The notes under the pieces were generated by a model. The model had not been told where the DNA came from, ran no database searches, and saw nothing but the letters and a program-made list of their open reading frames with translations. Below are positions 48,078-57,801 of a stretch of DNA of 64,000 nucleotides, one piece after another (positions within the stretch are counted from its first letter, which is position 1; each line of letters begins with the position of its first letter). This stretch comes from Candidatus Dadabacteria bacterium (GTDB taxonomy: Bacteria > Desulfobacterota_D > UBA1144 > Nemesobacterales > UBA2774). The stretch lies in NCBI GenBank assembly GCA_020849425.1, contig JADLGH010000007.1, positions 2,732 to 66,731 on the forward strand. Direction: 5' to 3'. Made by a program: the position numbers and the translations under genes.

Positions 48078-49982
48078 CTATCCCCCGCGCCTTATTCCGA
48101 GGGTCTTTATCCGCGAGCCGAGAGTGGTCGAAGGCACCCCGAGAAGCCTAGCGGCCCCCTTTTCGCCCGAAACGCGCCAGCCCGATTTTTCGAGCGCCGC
48201 GACTATGTTGCTCCTTTCGAGGTCGAGGAGCTCCTTGTGTGTGAGTATACGTTTATCTCCGGAGGCCTCGGGGGCTGGGGCCGTCCGGGTAGTCCTTATA
48301 GAACCCGCCGGGAGCGCGCTGTCCAGGTTGAGCTCACCCGCTCGGGAGGTAATCACGGCGCGCTCCATCACGTTCTGAAGCTCGCGCACGTTGCCGGGCC
48401 AGCCGTATGCCGCGAGCCTCTCTATCTGCTCCCCGGTAAGGGGCTTCACGGTCACCCCGATCTTGCGCGCAAACCTCTCCGAAAAGATGGCGGCGAGTGT
48501 TATTACGTCCCTGCCCCGCTCCCTGAGCGGAGGTATATCGAGCGGAAACACGCTCAGCCTGTAGTAGAGGTCTTCACGGAATTTCCCCTCCTTCACCATA
48601 CGCATGAGGTCCCTGTTCGTGGCCGCTATAACGCGCACATCCACCCTCCGGGTCTCGGAGCTCCCGACAGGCTCGAATTCGCCTTCCTGGAGCACGCGGA
48701 GGAGCTTTGACTGGAGGTCGAGCTGGAGCTCACCTATCTCGTCGAGGAAAATGGTCCCGCCGTCAGCGAGCGAGAACCTGCCCTCTCTCTTCCCGGTGGC
48801 GCCCGTGAACGCACCCTTCTCGTGCCCGAAGAATTCGCTCTCTATAAGCCCGCCCGGGATTGCCGCGCAGTTGACCCTTATGAGCGGCGAGTCGTTTCTC
48901 AAACTCTCGGCGTGCACGGCCCTGGCTATGAGCTCCTTGCCCGTCCCGGTCTCGCCCGTCACCAGCACCGTCGCGTCCGTCCTTGCCACCCTCGCTATAT
49001 CGTTTATAACCCCGCTCAAGGCGGGGGAGCTGCCCGCGATCTCGCCGAAGTTTCTGAGCGAGTTAATTTCCTCGTTAAGATAATCGGCCTTCTCGGAGAG
49101 GGCTTTTATACGCCTTTCGGCTTCGAGCCTTTCCTCTATATTCCGGAGAATCACGGTGTAGTACCTTTTCTTCTTCATCTCGAACTGTGAAACCGTGGCT
49201 TCGGCCGTGAAAACGCTCCCGTCCGAGCGCCTGGCCGACAGCCCTCCCGCGACCCATAGAAACCGCCGTCCCTCCGGGAGCGCGGCGAGCTCGGAAATAA
49301 TTCCCTTCAGCCTGGCCGCGCTTTCTCCGGAGAGAAAGTCGAGGAAGCTCTTTCGCCTGCACTCAGGTATCCCGGTCCTGAACACACCCTCGGCGGCAGG
49401 GTTTAACATGCTGACTTCGAGCATGTTGTCGAGCTCGATGATGGCGTCCATAGCGCTGTCCACGAGGCGTGTCAGCTTTTCCTCCCTCTCGCGTACGCCT
49501 GTCTCGGCGCGGAGCCTCCGGAGCTCGGCCGAAGCGCGAGCCGCGAATATCCTGAAAATCGCTTCGACGCGGGATTCCTCGGGCATGGGTTTTGAATCGA
49601 GGACGGCCAGGTGACCGAGCACGTTCCCAGCAGGGTCGAGAAGGGGTATGCCCATGTAGCTCACGGCACCCATCGGGCCGAGGTCCGGGTCGTCGGGGTA
49701 GAGATCGACCACATTGTCTTCGACGCGGAAGATGGTCTTTTTCTCCACTACGAGCTCGCACGGGGTGCCGGATATACGGTATTCGTATTCGTCCACCCAG
49801 CCGTCGTCCAGGCGGAAGGCAAGAGAGCTCAGGCGCCCGGCCTCGGGCAGATACTCCGTCACCCACGCGCCCCTCGTGCCGAGCACGGCGGCAAGATTCC
49901 CGACAAGCGCCTTGAAGAACCCCTCGCCCGTCTCGGCGGCTGTGCCTTCCACTATGAGCCTGAGGGCCCTTTCTTCGTCCAT
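48078..49982 (-). CDS. sigma54 enhancer-binding protein (GAF-PAS-AAA+-HTH), paralog of 28841..30793
   Basis: [17 protein letters not shown] motifs shared with the paralog ([18 protein letters not shown]). Confidence 0.95.
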   Translation of the reverse strand: MDEERALRLIVEGTAAETGEGFFKALVGNLAAVLGTRGAWVTEYLPEAGRLSSLAFRLDDGWVDEYEYRISGTPCELVVEKKTIFRVEDNVVDLYPDDPDLGPMGAVSYMGIPLLDPAGNVLGHLAVLDSKPMPEESRVEAIFRIFAARASAELRRLRAETGVREREEKLTRLVDSAMDAIIELDNMLEVSMLNPAAEGVFRTGIPECRRKSFLDFLSGESAARLKGIISELAALPEGRRFLWVAGGLSARRSDGSVFTAEATVSQFEMKKKRYYTVILRNIEERLEAERRIKALSEKADYLNEEINSLRNFGEIAGSSPALSGVINDIARVARTDATVLVTGETGTGKELIARAVHAESLRNDSPLIRVNCAAIPGGLIESEFFGHEKGAFTGATGKREGRFSLADGGTIFLDEIGELQLDLQSKLLRVLQEGEFEPVGSSETRRVDVRVIAATNRDLMRMVKEGKFREDLYYRLSVFPLDIPPLRERGRDVITLAAIFSERFARKIGVTVKPLTGEQIERLAAYGWPGNVRELQNVMERAVITSRAGELNLDSALPAGSIRTTRTAPAPEASGDKRILTHKELLDLERSNIVAALEKSGWRVSGEKGAARLLGVPSTTLGSRIKTLGIRRGG

Positions 49983-50312
49983 AGTCTGCCGACCGGGCTC
50001 GAGATTTCGGCGCATTCGTCTACCCCGTTTCTGAATTTATACAGAGCTCACAAAGGCCCACGCGAATATAATAAAAGCAACCGTATATCATTTCAAAGGA
50101 GGGATTTAACTGTAAGAGGAGTGTCCGGGCGAAACGATCAGGGCGAGTGGTAAGCGCACCCTCACAAAACAGGCATCCATGAGAAGCCCGGGTGCATCTT
50201 ATCTCACGAGGGAAGGCCCCCGCTGTTGAATAATCCGGTTTTCCCGGAAACTATATTTTTAATATCGATGCCGCACGGGCCGCGCACATAACCATATGCC
50301 GAGGTAATCCCC

Positions 50313-51287
50313 ATGACGACCGATCCTATTCAAAGAGCGGAGCAGAAACCGGCCGAGCCCGAGCATATCTCCATACGTACCGCCGACGGCTTCACTATAA
50401 ACGGCTCCATGTGGCGGAGCCCCGGGCCCGATTCCCGGGACAGGCCCGTCGTCATAATAAACGCGGCGAACTCGGTCAGGTGCAGATACTATTCCCGCTT
50501 CGCCTCGTTCCTCTACAGGAACGGCTTTGACGTGATCACTTACGATTACCGCGGCATAGGCGCGTCGCGGCCGCCCAGCTTTAAAGGGTTCGACGCCGGG
50601 TGGATAGACTGGGGCGAGCTCGATTTCGACGCCGTCATCAGGTTCGCACTCGAGACGTTCCCCGGCCGGCCGATAGATGTCGCGGCACACAGCGTAGGCG
50701 GGTTCCTCGTCGGCTTTGCAGAATCGAGCTGTCTCATCCGGAGGATCTTCACCATGGGGGCGCAGTACGCCTACTGGCGGGACTACGCACCCGGCAAGAG
50801 GGCGGGGATGTTCGCCAAATGGCACATCGCCATGCCGCTCGCGACGCTCCTCCTCGGCTACTTCCCCGGAAAGCGTCTCGGGTGGCTTGAAGATACGCCG
50901 GGAAGGGTCGCGAGAGACTGGGCCCGCAGCCGGCCGCGTTTCGAAGATGTCCCCGGCGGGAGCTGGGCGGTGCGCTATCCGGACAAACGAGTATTCCTCG
51001 ACAGGTTTGAAGCGGTTACGGCCCCTACCCTCGCAGTGAGCGTCACGGACGACGAGTTCGGCACCATACCGGCCGTCGAGCGCCTGCTCTCGTATTACAC
51101 CGGGAGCGCACGGATACACTTAAGGATCCCGCCCGAGTCCATAGGTGAGGATTCGATAGGGCATTTCCCGTTTTTCAACGGCAAGTTCGAAGAGAAGCTC
51201 TGGCGCATTCCTCTCGAATGGCTGAGGTCCGGAAAGATTGCGGAGGACTGGCCCGGCGAGATTATAACGCCCGAAGGCCGCGGCTGA
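50313..51287 (+). CDS. Alpha/beta hydrolase
   Basis: YDYRGIGAS, AHSVGG, IGHF. Confidence 0.88.
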   Translation: MTTDPIQRAEQKPAEPEHISIRTADGFTINGSMWRSPGPDSRDRPVVIINAANSVRCRYYSRFASFLYRNGFDVITYDYRGIGASRPPSFKGFDAGWIDWGELDFDAVIRFALETFPGRPIDVAAHSVGGFLVGFAESSCLIRRIFTMGAQYAYWRDYAPGKRAGMFAKWHIAMPLATLLLGYFPGKRLGWLEDTPGRVARDWARSRPRFEDVPGGSWAVRYPDKRVFLDRFEAVTAPTLAVSVTDDEFGTIPAVERLLSYYTGSARIHLRIPPESIGEDSIGHFPFFNGKFEEKLWRIPLEWLRSGKIAEDWPGEIITPEGRG

Positions 51288-51398
51288 GCCGGATATATAC
51301 CAAGTGTAGAATTCAAGGAATCGGCGCGGGGCAGGGAAGTCATCCCGCCCCGCGTGGAAAGGTAATTTTCTCTAAATCGGCCGCCCTGCGGCTTGATA

Positions 51399-51887
51399 TC
51401 AGTGCCTCTGGCCGAGCTGGGAGTCGAGAAGAAGGATCGCCGAGCTGTTGTCCCCGGCGAATTTCAATCTGTCGAGGATCTCGGTCGCCGACTTTTCTTC
51501 CTCGACCTGCTCGTGTATGAACCACTGGAGCTCGACCGCCGTCGCATGGTCGTTCTCGCTTATGGCCTTCTCGTAGAGCTTGTTTATCATCCCCGTGACC
51601 TCTCTTTCGTGATCGAGGGCCTGCTGGAAAATATCCGTAAGCGATTTGAACTTCGACTGGGGCTTTTCGATCCCCTGGAGGACGACCTGCCCGTCCCTGT
51701 CGACGATGTAGTCGAAGAGCTTCATCGCATGCTGGATCTCTTCCTGGCTCTGCTTCCTCAGCCACTTGGCAAAGCCAGTGAGATTGAGCGATTCGCAGTG
51801 GGCCGCCATCGAGAGATAGGTAAAAGACGCGAAATATTCGTTTTTAATCTGATCGTTCAGGGCATCCTGAATTTCTTTACTCAGCAT
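51399..51887 (-). CDS. ftnA: Non-heme ferritin
   Basis: LNDQIKNE..YLSM..EEIQHAMK..HEREVT..LQWF..EQVEEE. Confidence 0.93.
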   Translation of the reverse strand: MLSKEIQDALNDQIKNEYFASFTYLSMAAHCESLNLTGFAKWLRKQSQEEIQHAMKLFDYIVDRDGQVVLQGIEKPQSKFKSLTDIFQQALDHEREVTGMINKLYEKAISENDHATAVELQWFIHEQVEEEKSATEILDRLKFAGDNSSAILLLDSQLGQRH

Positions 51888-52079
51888 AATAGCCTCCTCG
51901 TGTGATTAATGTGTCAGAGCGCCTTCCGGCCCCTGCCCTTGTCACTAAAATTATGTCACAAAATAGGACCAAATACAAGTTATTATCAGGCGGGAATTGT
52001 TACCAATTAGAATTTAGTTACAGAAACTCGCTCCGTATAAGCACCGCGGAAGCGGCAGTCTTGAATAAATATGCAGCAT

Positions 52080-52343
52080 TCAGCGCCATTTTCCGGCAAC
52101 GAGATAGTAAAAGCCCAGGAGCCCGCCGATCAGCCATATGATGATCCCGAGGCCGAGCTTTCCCTGGGCGCCGAAAGACTCGGGAAGGGAATAAGCCGCA
52201 AAAAGGGAGACCGGGGTCCAGAGAAGGAGGAACAGGATAATGGCGGTCAACCGAGCTTCCGCCTTCCATTTTGGGTCATTTCCAATAATAATACTCGCAA
52301 AACCGGGACGAGGGGACACGACTGTCCGCCCGAAGAATCTCAA
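52080..52343 (-). CDS. Possible small two-TM membrane protein
   Basis: Two hydrophobic helices; start uncertain and abuts the divergent MFS gene. Confidence 0.35.
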   Translation of the reverse strand: MRFFGRTVVSPRPGFASIIIGNDPKWKAEARLTAIILFLLLWTPVSLFAAYSLPESFGAQGKLGLGIIIWLIGGLLGFYYLVAGKWR

Positions 52344-52348
52344 GAGAA

Positions 52349-53653
52349 ATGACCGAAACCGACGCGAAGGGCAAGAATAGGGAAACCCTCAGCTGGTGCA
52401 TGTACGACTGGGCGTATTCCGCCTTCGCCACCGTCGTCATCTCCGCCGTCCTGCCCGTCTACTACAGCCAGGTCGCGGCCTCTAACCTCGAAAGCAACAT
52501 AGCGACCGCATATTGGGGATACACAACCGTCATCACACTTTTCATAGCCGCGGTACTCTCCCCTGTCGTGGGCGCAATCGCCGATTACTCCGGCATGAAA
52601 AAGCGCCTTCTCCTCCTGTTCGCCGCTCTCGGAATATTCTCGACAGCCCTTCTTTACTTCGTAAAAACCGGGGACTGGCTATTGGCTTCTCTCTTTTTCA
52701 TTTTCGGGAACATAGGCTTTACGGTCTCCGAGGTCTTCTACAACTCGATGCTCCCCTACGTGGCCAGGCCGGGAGAGATGGACCGGGTGTCCATAAAGGG
52801 ATACATATTCGGCTACACCGGCGGCGGCATTCTTCTGGCCGTAGACATAGCCATGATAGAGCTCATGTCGGACAAGCTCCTTGCGACGAGGCTCTCGTTT
52901 CTCACCGTATCTCTCTGGTGGGCCGTCTTTACGATCCCGCTTATTCTCAACGTGAAGGAGCCCCCGGGCGGGACCGGGGGCGCCCGCGGCGTAAACCCCC
53001 TGACGGCAGGATTTAAAAGGCTTTCAGGGACCTTCAGAGAGCTCAGGAAGTACAGGGAGCTCGCCCTCTTCCTGGCCGCCTTCTGGGTCTATAACGACGG
53101 CATCGGGACCATAATAAAGATGGCGACCATTTACGGCGCCGAGATAGGCATAAGCCAGACGGCGCTCATAGGGGCCCTCCTCATGACACAGTTCGTCGGC
53201 ATACCGTTCTCCTTCGCCTTCGGGCGTCTCGCGGGCATAATCGGCCCGAAGAACTCGATCCTCCTCGGGCTCTCGGTGTACACGGTGATTTCCATAGGCG
53301 GATACTTCATGGAGAACGCCGTTCACTTCTGGATACTCGCGTTCCTCGTGGGGACGGTGCAGGGAGGCACACAGGCGCTCAGCCGCTCGATGTTCGGCTC
53401 GATGCTGCCCAGGGACAAGACGGCCGAGTTCTTCGGATTTTACGGTATGAGCTCCAAGTTTGCGGGCATCGTCGGGCCGCTCGTCTTCGCCGTCGTCTCG
53501 CAGACCACGGGCTCGAGCCGCCTTAGCATTTTCTCGCTGATCGCCTTCTTCGTCATAGGGGCCGCCATGCTCTCGCAGGTCGACGTCGAAAAGGGTATAA
53601 GGGCAGCCGGGGAAGGGAATGTATCCACAGACCCGGGCGCCCCGGGGGCGTAA
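52349..53653 (+). CDS. MFS transporter (UMF1/ATG22-like)
   Basis: WCMYDWA, YNSMLP, GGTQALSRS, EFFGFY; about 12 TM. Confidence 0.9.
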   Translation: MTETDAKGKNRETLSWCMYDWAYSAFATVVISAVLPVYYSQVAASNLESNIATAYWGYTTVITLFIAAVLSPVVGAIADYSGMKKRLLLLFAALGIFSTALLYFVKTGDWLLASLFFIFGNIGFTVSEVFYNSMLPYVARPGEMDRVSIKGYIFGYTGGGILLAVDIAMIELMSDKLLATRLSFLTVSLWWAVFTIPLILNVKEPPGGTGGARGVNPLTAGFKRLSGTFRELRKYRELALFLAAFWVYNDGIGTIIKMATIYGAEIGISQTALIGALLMTQFVGIPFSFAFGRLAGIIGPKNSILLGLSVYTVISIGGYFMENAVHFWILAFLVGTVQGGTQALSRSMFGSMLPRDKTAEFFGFYGMSSKFAGIVGPLVFAVVSQTTGSSRLSIFSLIAFFVIGAAMLSQVDVEKGIRAAGEGNVSTDPGAPGA

Positions 53654-53954
53654 AGATATCCACAGACAGGAACGGGCGCGGAAATTCTCTTTTCTTCCGG
53701 CCTCTTGCGCCCGTGGTGCATATAATACACACAGGAAAACTACACGCAGACGCCCGCCCGCCGCCGTATGGTGTAAATACATATATCGATTTAGCATTTT
53801 TCTGTAACCTACCGTGATAACTGGATAAAAAAAATAAACTTGACAATGTCTTTCGGCATCTGTTAGGATGTAGCGTACGGATTAGGGTGGGGCTTAATTC
53901 ACACACAAACCAGCACTACGATTTGTCCACAGGCTGGTGATGGATTGTGGATAG
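53621..53954. promoter_or_regulatory. dnaA upstream region with DnaA boxes and promoter
   Basis: GTATCCACA 53621, ATATCCACA 53656, TTGTCCACA 53923, TGTGGATAG 53946; TTGACA 53840 and TGnTAGGAT 53861. Confidence 0.75.
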
Positions 53955-53987
53955 ATTGCCTTTTTCAAGACGGAGGAACGATAGCAA

Positions 53988-55493
53988 TTGGCCACTAAGC
54001 GTACGCCCCTTAAACATAATCTGAGAACGATCTTCAACAGACAAAAAGACGACGGTAAAGGGCTTGAGCAGTTCATGAGCAAGTCCATACGCCCGGGGAA
54101 ATCCCACCAGAAGACGGCGGCCGAAACCGCCGGCCAGGATACGTGGGAAAGCGTCCTCGAAAGGATAAAAAAGAAATCGAACCCGCAGGTGTTCTTCTGG
54201 TTCGCGCCGCTTAAGCCGGTCGCCGAAACCGAGAGCTCGATAACCCTCGCCGCCGGAAGCGAATTCGACAGGGACTGGATAAACAACCACTACCTCGATT
54301 TCATAAGCGATACGATAAACGAGGTGTGCGGAAAGCGGCTCGAAGTTTCCGTAGTAGCCGATCACGAGAGGGCGCAGGCAGCCCACGAAAAGAAGGAGAG
54401 GGACGAGCACAGGGAAAAGTCGGAGAAGGAAACAAAGGCCTCTAAGCTCTTCACCGGCGTCCTCAACCTGAATTACACCTTCGACAGGTTTATAGTAGGG
54501 CCGAGTAACCAGTTCGCCCACGCTGCGTCTACGGCAGTCGCGAGGAAGCCCGGAGAGGCGTATAACCCCCTCTTCATATACGGCGGCGTCGGGCTTGGAA
54601 AGACGCACCTTATAAACGCGATAGGGAATCACATAATTAAATCCACTTCCAACATGGCGCGCGTGTGCTGCATCTCGGCGGAGCACTTTACGAATCAGGT
54701 CATAAACAGCATCAAGTCGAACAAGATGGAAGAGTTCAGGAACCGCTACAGGTTCGGCTGCGACGTTTTGCTCATAGACGACATACAGTTCATCGCCGGA
54801 AAGGAGAGCACGCAGGAGGAATTCTTCCACACGTTCAACACGCTCTACGAATCTAAAAAGCAGATAGTCCTTTCGAGCGACAAGTCGCCCAAGGACATGT
54901 CCTATCTCGAGGAGAGGCTCCGCTCCCGGTTCGAATGGGGACTCATCACCGACATACAGCCGCCCGAGACCGAAACACGTATAGCGATTATAAAAAACAA
55001 GGCCGAATCGGAGGGGACGGCGCTTCCTAACGAGGTCGCCCTTTATCTGGCGCAGAACACGACTTCCAACATACGCGAGCTCGAAGGGACTCTCACGAAC
55101 ATAATGGCCCACGCGAAGCTCCTTAACACAGAGATATCGCTCGACCTCGCAAAGGATGTCCTCAAGAACATCCTAAAGCAGCACGATAGAAAGTTCCTCA
55201 GCATAGAGAGCATACAAAAGGAAGTGGCCGGCTACCACGGCCTCAGGGTGCAGGACTTAAAATCCGCGAAGAAGCAGAAGAACATCTCGGCCCCGAGGCA
55301 GATAGCCATGTACCTCGCCAGGAGATACACTGGGGCTTCCTATCCCGAGATAGGGGAGAAGTTCGGCGGAAAGGACCACTCGACCGTAATACACGCCGTC
55401 AAGAAAATCGAAAGCACCCTCGGAAAAGACCCCGCGCTCGAAAACGCGGTGAAGGCGCTTTGCAGAAGAATAGAGGGCCTTACCGGCGGATAG
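53988..55493 (+). CDS. dnaA: Chromosomal replication initiator
   Basis: YNPLFIYGGVGLGKTHL, LLIDDIQF, RLRSRF, GGKDHSTVIHA; start TTG 53988 or ATG 54075. Confidence 0.98.
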   Translation: MATKRTPLKHNLRTIFNRQKDDGKGLEQFMSKSIRPGKSHQKTAAETAGQDTWESVLERIKKKSNPQVFFWFAPLKPVAETESSITLAAGSEFDRDWINNHYLDFISDTINEVCGKRLEVSVVADHERAQAAHEKKERDEHREKSEKETKASKLFTGVLNLNYTFDRFIVGPSNQFAHAASTAVARKPGEAYNPLFIYGGVGLGKTHLINAIGNHIIKSTSNMARVCCISAEHFTNQVINSIKSNKMEEFRNRYRFGCDVLLIDDIQFIAGKESTQEEFFHTFNTLYESKKQIVLSSDKSPKDMSYLEERLRSRFEWGLITDIQPPETETRIAIIKNKAESEGTALPNEVALYLAQNTTSNIRELEGTLTNIMAHAKLLNTEISLDLAKDVLKNILKQHDRKFLSIESIQKEVAGYHGLRVQDLKSAKKQKNISAPRQIAMYLARRYTGASYPEIGEKFGGKDHSTVIHAVKKIESTLGKDPALENAVKALCRRIEGLTGG

Positions 55494-55710
55494 GCTGTGG
55501 AAAGGCCTGTGAATGAAATTGTGGATAAAAAGCCGGTTTTACGTTTTTACCCCGTTCCTGTGGATGAATGTTGATAACCCGTTTTTTAATCAACAGGGTT
55601 ACGAACACTGAAAATATTGTGTTTCGAGCCGGATAGGATACATTTTCACATTCCCACAGGGCCTACTGTTACTACTTCTATGAAGTAATGGTAATTTGTT
55701 AAAAAACAGC
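55494..55710. other. Replication origin oriC with DnaA boxes and DnaA-trio unwinding element
   Basis: TGTGGATAA 55520 plus near-matches at 55496, 55508, 55559, 55569, 55587; tandem boxes-GGGCC-TACTGTTACTACTTCTA at 55642-55680. Confidence 0.88.
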
Positions 55711-55723
55711 AGGAGTAGAGAAT

Positions 55724-56824
55724 ATGAAATTCAAGACTCGGGTAGAAGATTTCGCAGTAAAGCTCGGTCTCGTCCAGGGCATTTCAGAGAGACGGGCTAC
55801 CATGCCTGTACTGTCACACGTTTTGCTTAACGTCGCGAAAAACAGGATAGGGATTTCCGCGACCGACCTGGAAACGACAATGAGCACCTGGTCTACGGCC
55901 GAGGTTTTAAAGGAGGGTGCACTGGCAGTGCCCGCGAGGAAGCTCTACGAGATCGTAAAGGAGCTCGAAGGCGGGGACATCGAGGTCGAGGAGATAGGCA
56001 ACCACTGGATAGAGATAAAGACGTCTTCTGCGGTCTTCAAGATAGCGGGTCTTCCGAGCGACGATTTTCCGATAATCCCCGAGCTTCACTCGGATCACCT
56101 CTTTTCCGTCGAAAGCTCGCTTCTGGAGGAGATGGTTTCGAAGACCATATTCGCTGTTTCGCCCGACGAGCTCAGGCGCAATCTCGCCGGGATATATTTC
56201 GAGGAGGCGGGTAGCAAGAGCCTCCGGCTGGTGGCGACGGACGGGCACAGGCTTTCCCTCGTCGAAAAGAACATAGACAGCAGGGTTAAGTTCGAGAAGG
56301 GGTTCGTGGTTCCCAAGAAGGGCGTGGCCGAGCTGAGAAAGGTGCTCAAGCTTACGGATAAGGTTAGGATAGGCGTCGGGGACAGCTTCTTTATGGCCGA
56401 GGGAGAGGATATAGTCCTCGTGGCAAGGCTCATAGACGCGGACTTCCCGGACTATAAGCAGGTGACGCCCGAGGTGACGAAGGCTACGCTCACGATTAAG
56501 AAAGGGGAATTTCTGAGCGCCTTAAAGCGCGTGTCGATTCTCTCTTCCGAAAAGACCAGGAGCGTTAAGTTCGTAATAGACAAGGACGGGATGACTCTCA
56601 TATCGGTCTCCCCGGAGGTCGGCGAGGCGAAGGAAAGGGTAGCCGCCGAATATTCCGGCGAGCCTATGGAGCTCGGATTCAATTCGAGGTACCTCATGGA
56701 CGTCCTCGAGGTGGTGACAGAGGAGAGGGTTCAGATGGGCCTTATAGACGAGCTCAGCCCTGCAGTGCTGAGGCCCGAGGGTGAAGATGTGTACCTCTCC
56801 GTCATAATGCCGATGAGGGTCTGA
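55724..56824 (+). CDS. dnaN: DNA polymerase III beta clamp
   Basis: ATDLE, VATDGHRL, FPDY, IMPMR. Confidence 0.98.
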   Translation: MKFKTRVEDFAVKLGLVQGISERRATMPVLSHVLLNVAKNRIGISATDLETTMSTWSTAEVLKEGALAVPARKLYEIVKELEGGDIEVEEIGNHWIEIKTSSAVFKIAGLPSDDFPIIPELHSDHLFSVESSLLEEMVSKTIFAVSPDELRRNLAGIYFEEAGSKSLRLVATDGHRLSLVEKNIDSRVKFEKGFVVPKKGVAELRKVLKLTDKVRIGVGDSFFMAEGEDIVLVARLIDADFPDYKQVTPEVTKATLTIKKGEFLSALKRVSILSSEKTRSVKFVIDKDGMTLISVSPEVGEAKERVAAEYSGEPMELGFNSRYLMDVLEVVTEERVQMGLIDELSPAVLRPEGEDVYLSVIMPMRV

Positions 56825-57003
56825 TAGGGCCTCCAGGCAGCGCCTGCCCCGGTCGAGGGATTGGGCATCTTCGTCTTAATGATGTCCCGGACACCGGGCT
56901 TTTGACACGCCTTTCGCGCGAGTCCGTCCGGTACTTACAGCCGCCAAAAATTTTGTGCAGGTCAACCCGGGTTCGCGGGCGGTATACTTTTAATGGTAGC
57001 CGA

Positions 57004-57735
57004 ATGCTAGACCTCGTCTTTCCCCAAACGTGTCCAGGGTGCGATTCCGCGATCGAAGATAACGAGAAGCTGTGCGGGGATTGTCTCTCCGGCATAACTT
57101 TTATAAGCGGCTTGTCCTCGTGCGCCCGCTGCGGGATCCCGTTCGGGTTTTATAAGAGTAAAAACGACTACGGGGATGGAGGGAAGAACGAGGGGCATCT
57201 ATGCGGGAGGTGCCTTACGGGGTCCCATAGTTTTTCGAAAGCCCGCTCCATAGCCTTATATGACGGTAAACTTGTAGACATAATCTACGGATTCAAGTAC
57301 AGGGGGAATCCCGGGCTCGGCGATTTTCTTTCCGGGCTCCTGGCAGGCGGCATGCCCTACGGCGCGGACGAGTTTGATGTAATCGTCCCGGTTCCGCTGC
57401 ACATAAACAAGCTCCGGTCGAGGGAATACAACCAGTCGGCCGTCCTTGCGAAGAATCTCTCGAAGAGCATCGGAGTGAAGCACGACCTTTTCGGTCTGAA
57501 GAAGACAAGGGATACGATGCCGCAGTTCGAGATTCAAAAGGAAGAGGCGAGGCGGAAGAATGTAAGGGGGGCGTTTTCGGTTACGGACCCGGACGCCTTT
57601 TCCGGGAAATCCGTTCTCGTCGTGGACGACGTTTTCACGACGGGCTCGACGACCGACGAATGCGCGCGGGCGCTTTTGAAGGCGGGCGCTTCGGAGGTGA
57701 GGGTTTTGACTGTGGCCAGGGCGAGGTGGGCATAA
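57004..57735 (+). CDS. comF: ComF family phosphoribosyltransferase-like competence protein
   Basis: Double zinc ribbon; PVPLH..R.YNQS; VVDDVFTTGST. Confidence 0.9.
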   Translation: MLDLVFPQTCPGCDSAIEDNEKLCGDCLSGITFISGLSSCARCGIPFGFYKSKNDYGDGGKNEGHLCGRCLTGSHSFSKARSIALYDGKLVDIIYGFKYRGNPGLGDFLSGLLAGGMPYGADEFDVIVPVPLHINKLRSREYNQSAVLAKNLSKSIGVKHDLFGLKKTRDTMPQFEIQKEEARRKNVRGAFSVTDPDAFSGKSVLVVDDVFTTGSTTDECARALLKAGASEVRVLTVARARWA

Positions 57736-57801
57736 ATTCATTTGACTTTAAGGGGGCCTTACTTTAAATTTAAAGCGGCAGATTAAGTAATTTACTTAAA
57801 C

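Noticed and set aside
53916..55112. 398-aa minus-strand ORF
   Set aside because: Antisense to dnaA
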